Translations under genes and position numbers: made by a program
In this document: in pieces, positions 29,047 through 30,297 of the stretch
Layout: every line of letters starts with the position of its first letter
Position numbering within the stretch: position 1 is the first letter of the stretch
DNA from: Candidatus Altimarinota bacterium
GTDB taxonomy: Bacteria; Patescibacteriota; Gracilibacteria; BD1-5; UBA2023
Length of the DNA stretch: 30,297 nt
Assembly: GCA_041779175.1 (NCBI GenBank)
Contig: JBHBSX010000040.1
Span: 1 to 30,297, forward strand
Direction: 5' to 3'
The notes under the pieces: model-generated
Seen by the model: only the letters and a program-made list of their open reading frames with translations
Told to the model about the DNA's origin: nothing
Database searches by the model: none

Positions 29047-30297
29047 GAGTGTGATTTTTTCTAAGAATTCTGTTGCAAGCATTCTTTCCTCGTATCAGCC
29101 AAGAGTTGGTATGAGAACATAGAATAATACTCGACTTGCAAAATTCTTTTTTGTAACGATTCACAATTTATCATCAGTATACGCATCCAAGTAACTTATA
29201 AGCTCATCTTCCCAATTATCAATTCCACTAAAAATTGTTTTTTCATAAGTATTTTCTGTATCCAGTCTTTGTGCCTTTTCCAAGAAAAAATGCTTGAGTG
29301 CTAGCTGTAATTCCTCTCTATTAAATCCAGATTTTGTAACCATTTCATCTCATTGTTTTATAGCCTCGTCAATATGTATATTGACATACCAATATTCTTG
29401 CTTTATTGCCAATAGCAAATCCGTATACAAATTATTTTTTTCAAAAAATTTTTTCATTTCCGACCATTTTTCTGTTGGAATTCATAGTTCCGTGCTATTA
29501 TATATTGTTCATAAAGCTATCTGTTCCAGACTGTTATTTATTACAATATTAACCAACGCGGGATGATATAAGTCTTGTGGCAAGTATTTTTGTTCATGAT
29601 TTTTCAAAAAATTTTCAAGCAAAATGATCGATTTATCAATCAAATAATTATTTTCAAAAAGTGCTGAGGTCTGAATATAATTTCCGAGACTCCTCACAAC
29701 TTCGAGCCGTCCATACTCTCATGAATCTTTTTTACAATATATTTTTCCATTATTTTTTGCGATAACTTTTTCTATAATTTTTAAATATTTTTCATATTCT
29801 GCAATATATTCAGCATTGAGAATTAAAGTTTTTTCTATTTGATCGCCAGATTTTTGTAGATTTTTTATTTGTAAAAATTTTTCATCAATTTGCTTTTGAA
29901 AATCTTGATATGTCTCTAAGTCTTCCTTGCTCAAAAGTGTTTCAATGGTTGAATCTTTTGTAATTTGTTTTCCATAAGTATTGAAAATGAGATTTTGTTT
30001 TCTTTGAATTTCTATAATTTCAAAAAATAGAATACTTTTTCTAAAGATATCAGATTTTCCCTTTATTTCTGTATTTTTGGAATTATTATGCAAAAAATTA
30101 ACAAAATTTTTATCAAGATTTGTTGATATTTCTCCCAATTCTTTACAAGATTCAGCATCAAGATATTTTGGCATATGTGCTATCGAGGTATCAACTTTGA
30201 GTCATTTTTCAGAAATTGGAAACAATCTATCAAAAAATCATTCCACACCTTGTGGTGTAGTATTTTCCGTAGTGGTAGTTTCAGAATTTTTTGAAAA
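29032..30297 (-). CDS. Hypothetical protein, 5' partial (at least 421 aa)
   Basis: Frame open from the window end to TAA at 29034-29032 with TGA=Gly, joining three ORF-track fragments. No motif recognised. Confidence 0.75.

Noticed and set aside
10-30174. Many ORF-track entries on the opposite strand or alternate frames (e.g. 2933-3937 minus, 5414-6004 plus, 26047-26385 plus, 26399-26677 plus)
   Set aside because: They are shadow ORFs overlapping well-supported genes (nusA, the VirD4-like gene, pth) and have no family motifs.
1-30297. Diversity-generating retroelement, prophage, IS or rRNA
   Set aside because: No reverse transcriptase, long template/variable repeat pair, phage structural genes, transposase or rRNA-like sequence was seen.

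Overview
AT-rich bacterial chromosomal housekeeping region in which TGA is read as glycine (translation table 25). This points to Gracilibacteria or Absconditabacteria within Patescibacteria/CPR; the taxonomy is inferred from the code and gene content. The supplied ORF track used TGA as a stop, so it fragments most genes; I re-joined them by hand. Gene content in order: an FMN-binding lipoprotein, ApbE and an MsrQ-like/rubredoxin/FNR triple-fusion redox protein; nusA; a PAP2 phosphatase; an orphan gene with its own promoter, SD and terminator; a stand-alone VirD4/TraD-like ATPase; a SufD-like protein; fieF; tRNA-Cys; a membrane protein and lipoprotein pair; gatC; recF; an Ig-like surface protein with a sortase-like tail; rpsT-infC-rpmI-rplT; a 2Fe-2S ferredoxin; era; a Trm9-like methyltransferase; yebC; a hypothetical; a truncated PriA-like gene; a class B PBP; an M48 peptidase; a multi-bPH membrane protein; tlyA; pth; a secreted protein; pilT; and a partial hypothetical. 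I found no CRISPR array, transposase, integrase or rRNA. Best leads: (1) the single-chain transmembrane electron conduit linked to flavinylation genes; (2) a dense, strand-polar GTCGA motif array hidden in all three frames of the Trm9-like gene; (3) the Trm9-like enzyme as a possible U34 modifier in a UGA-recoded genome; (4) the self-contained orphan cassette; (5) the helicase-dead half-PriA; (6) regulatory grammar: 16-bp promoter spacers, no SD, and terminators abutting stop codons.
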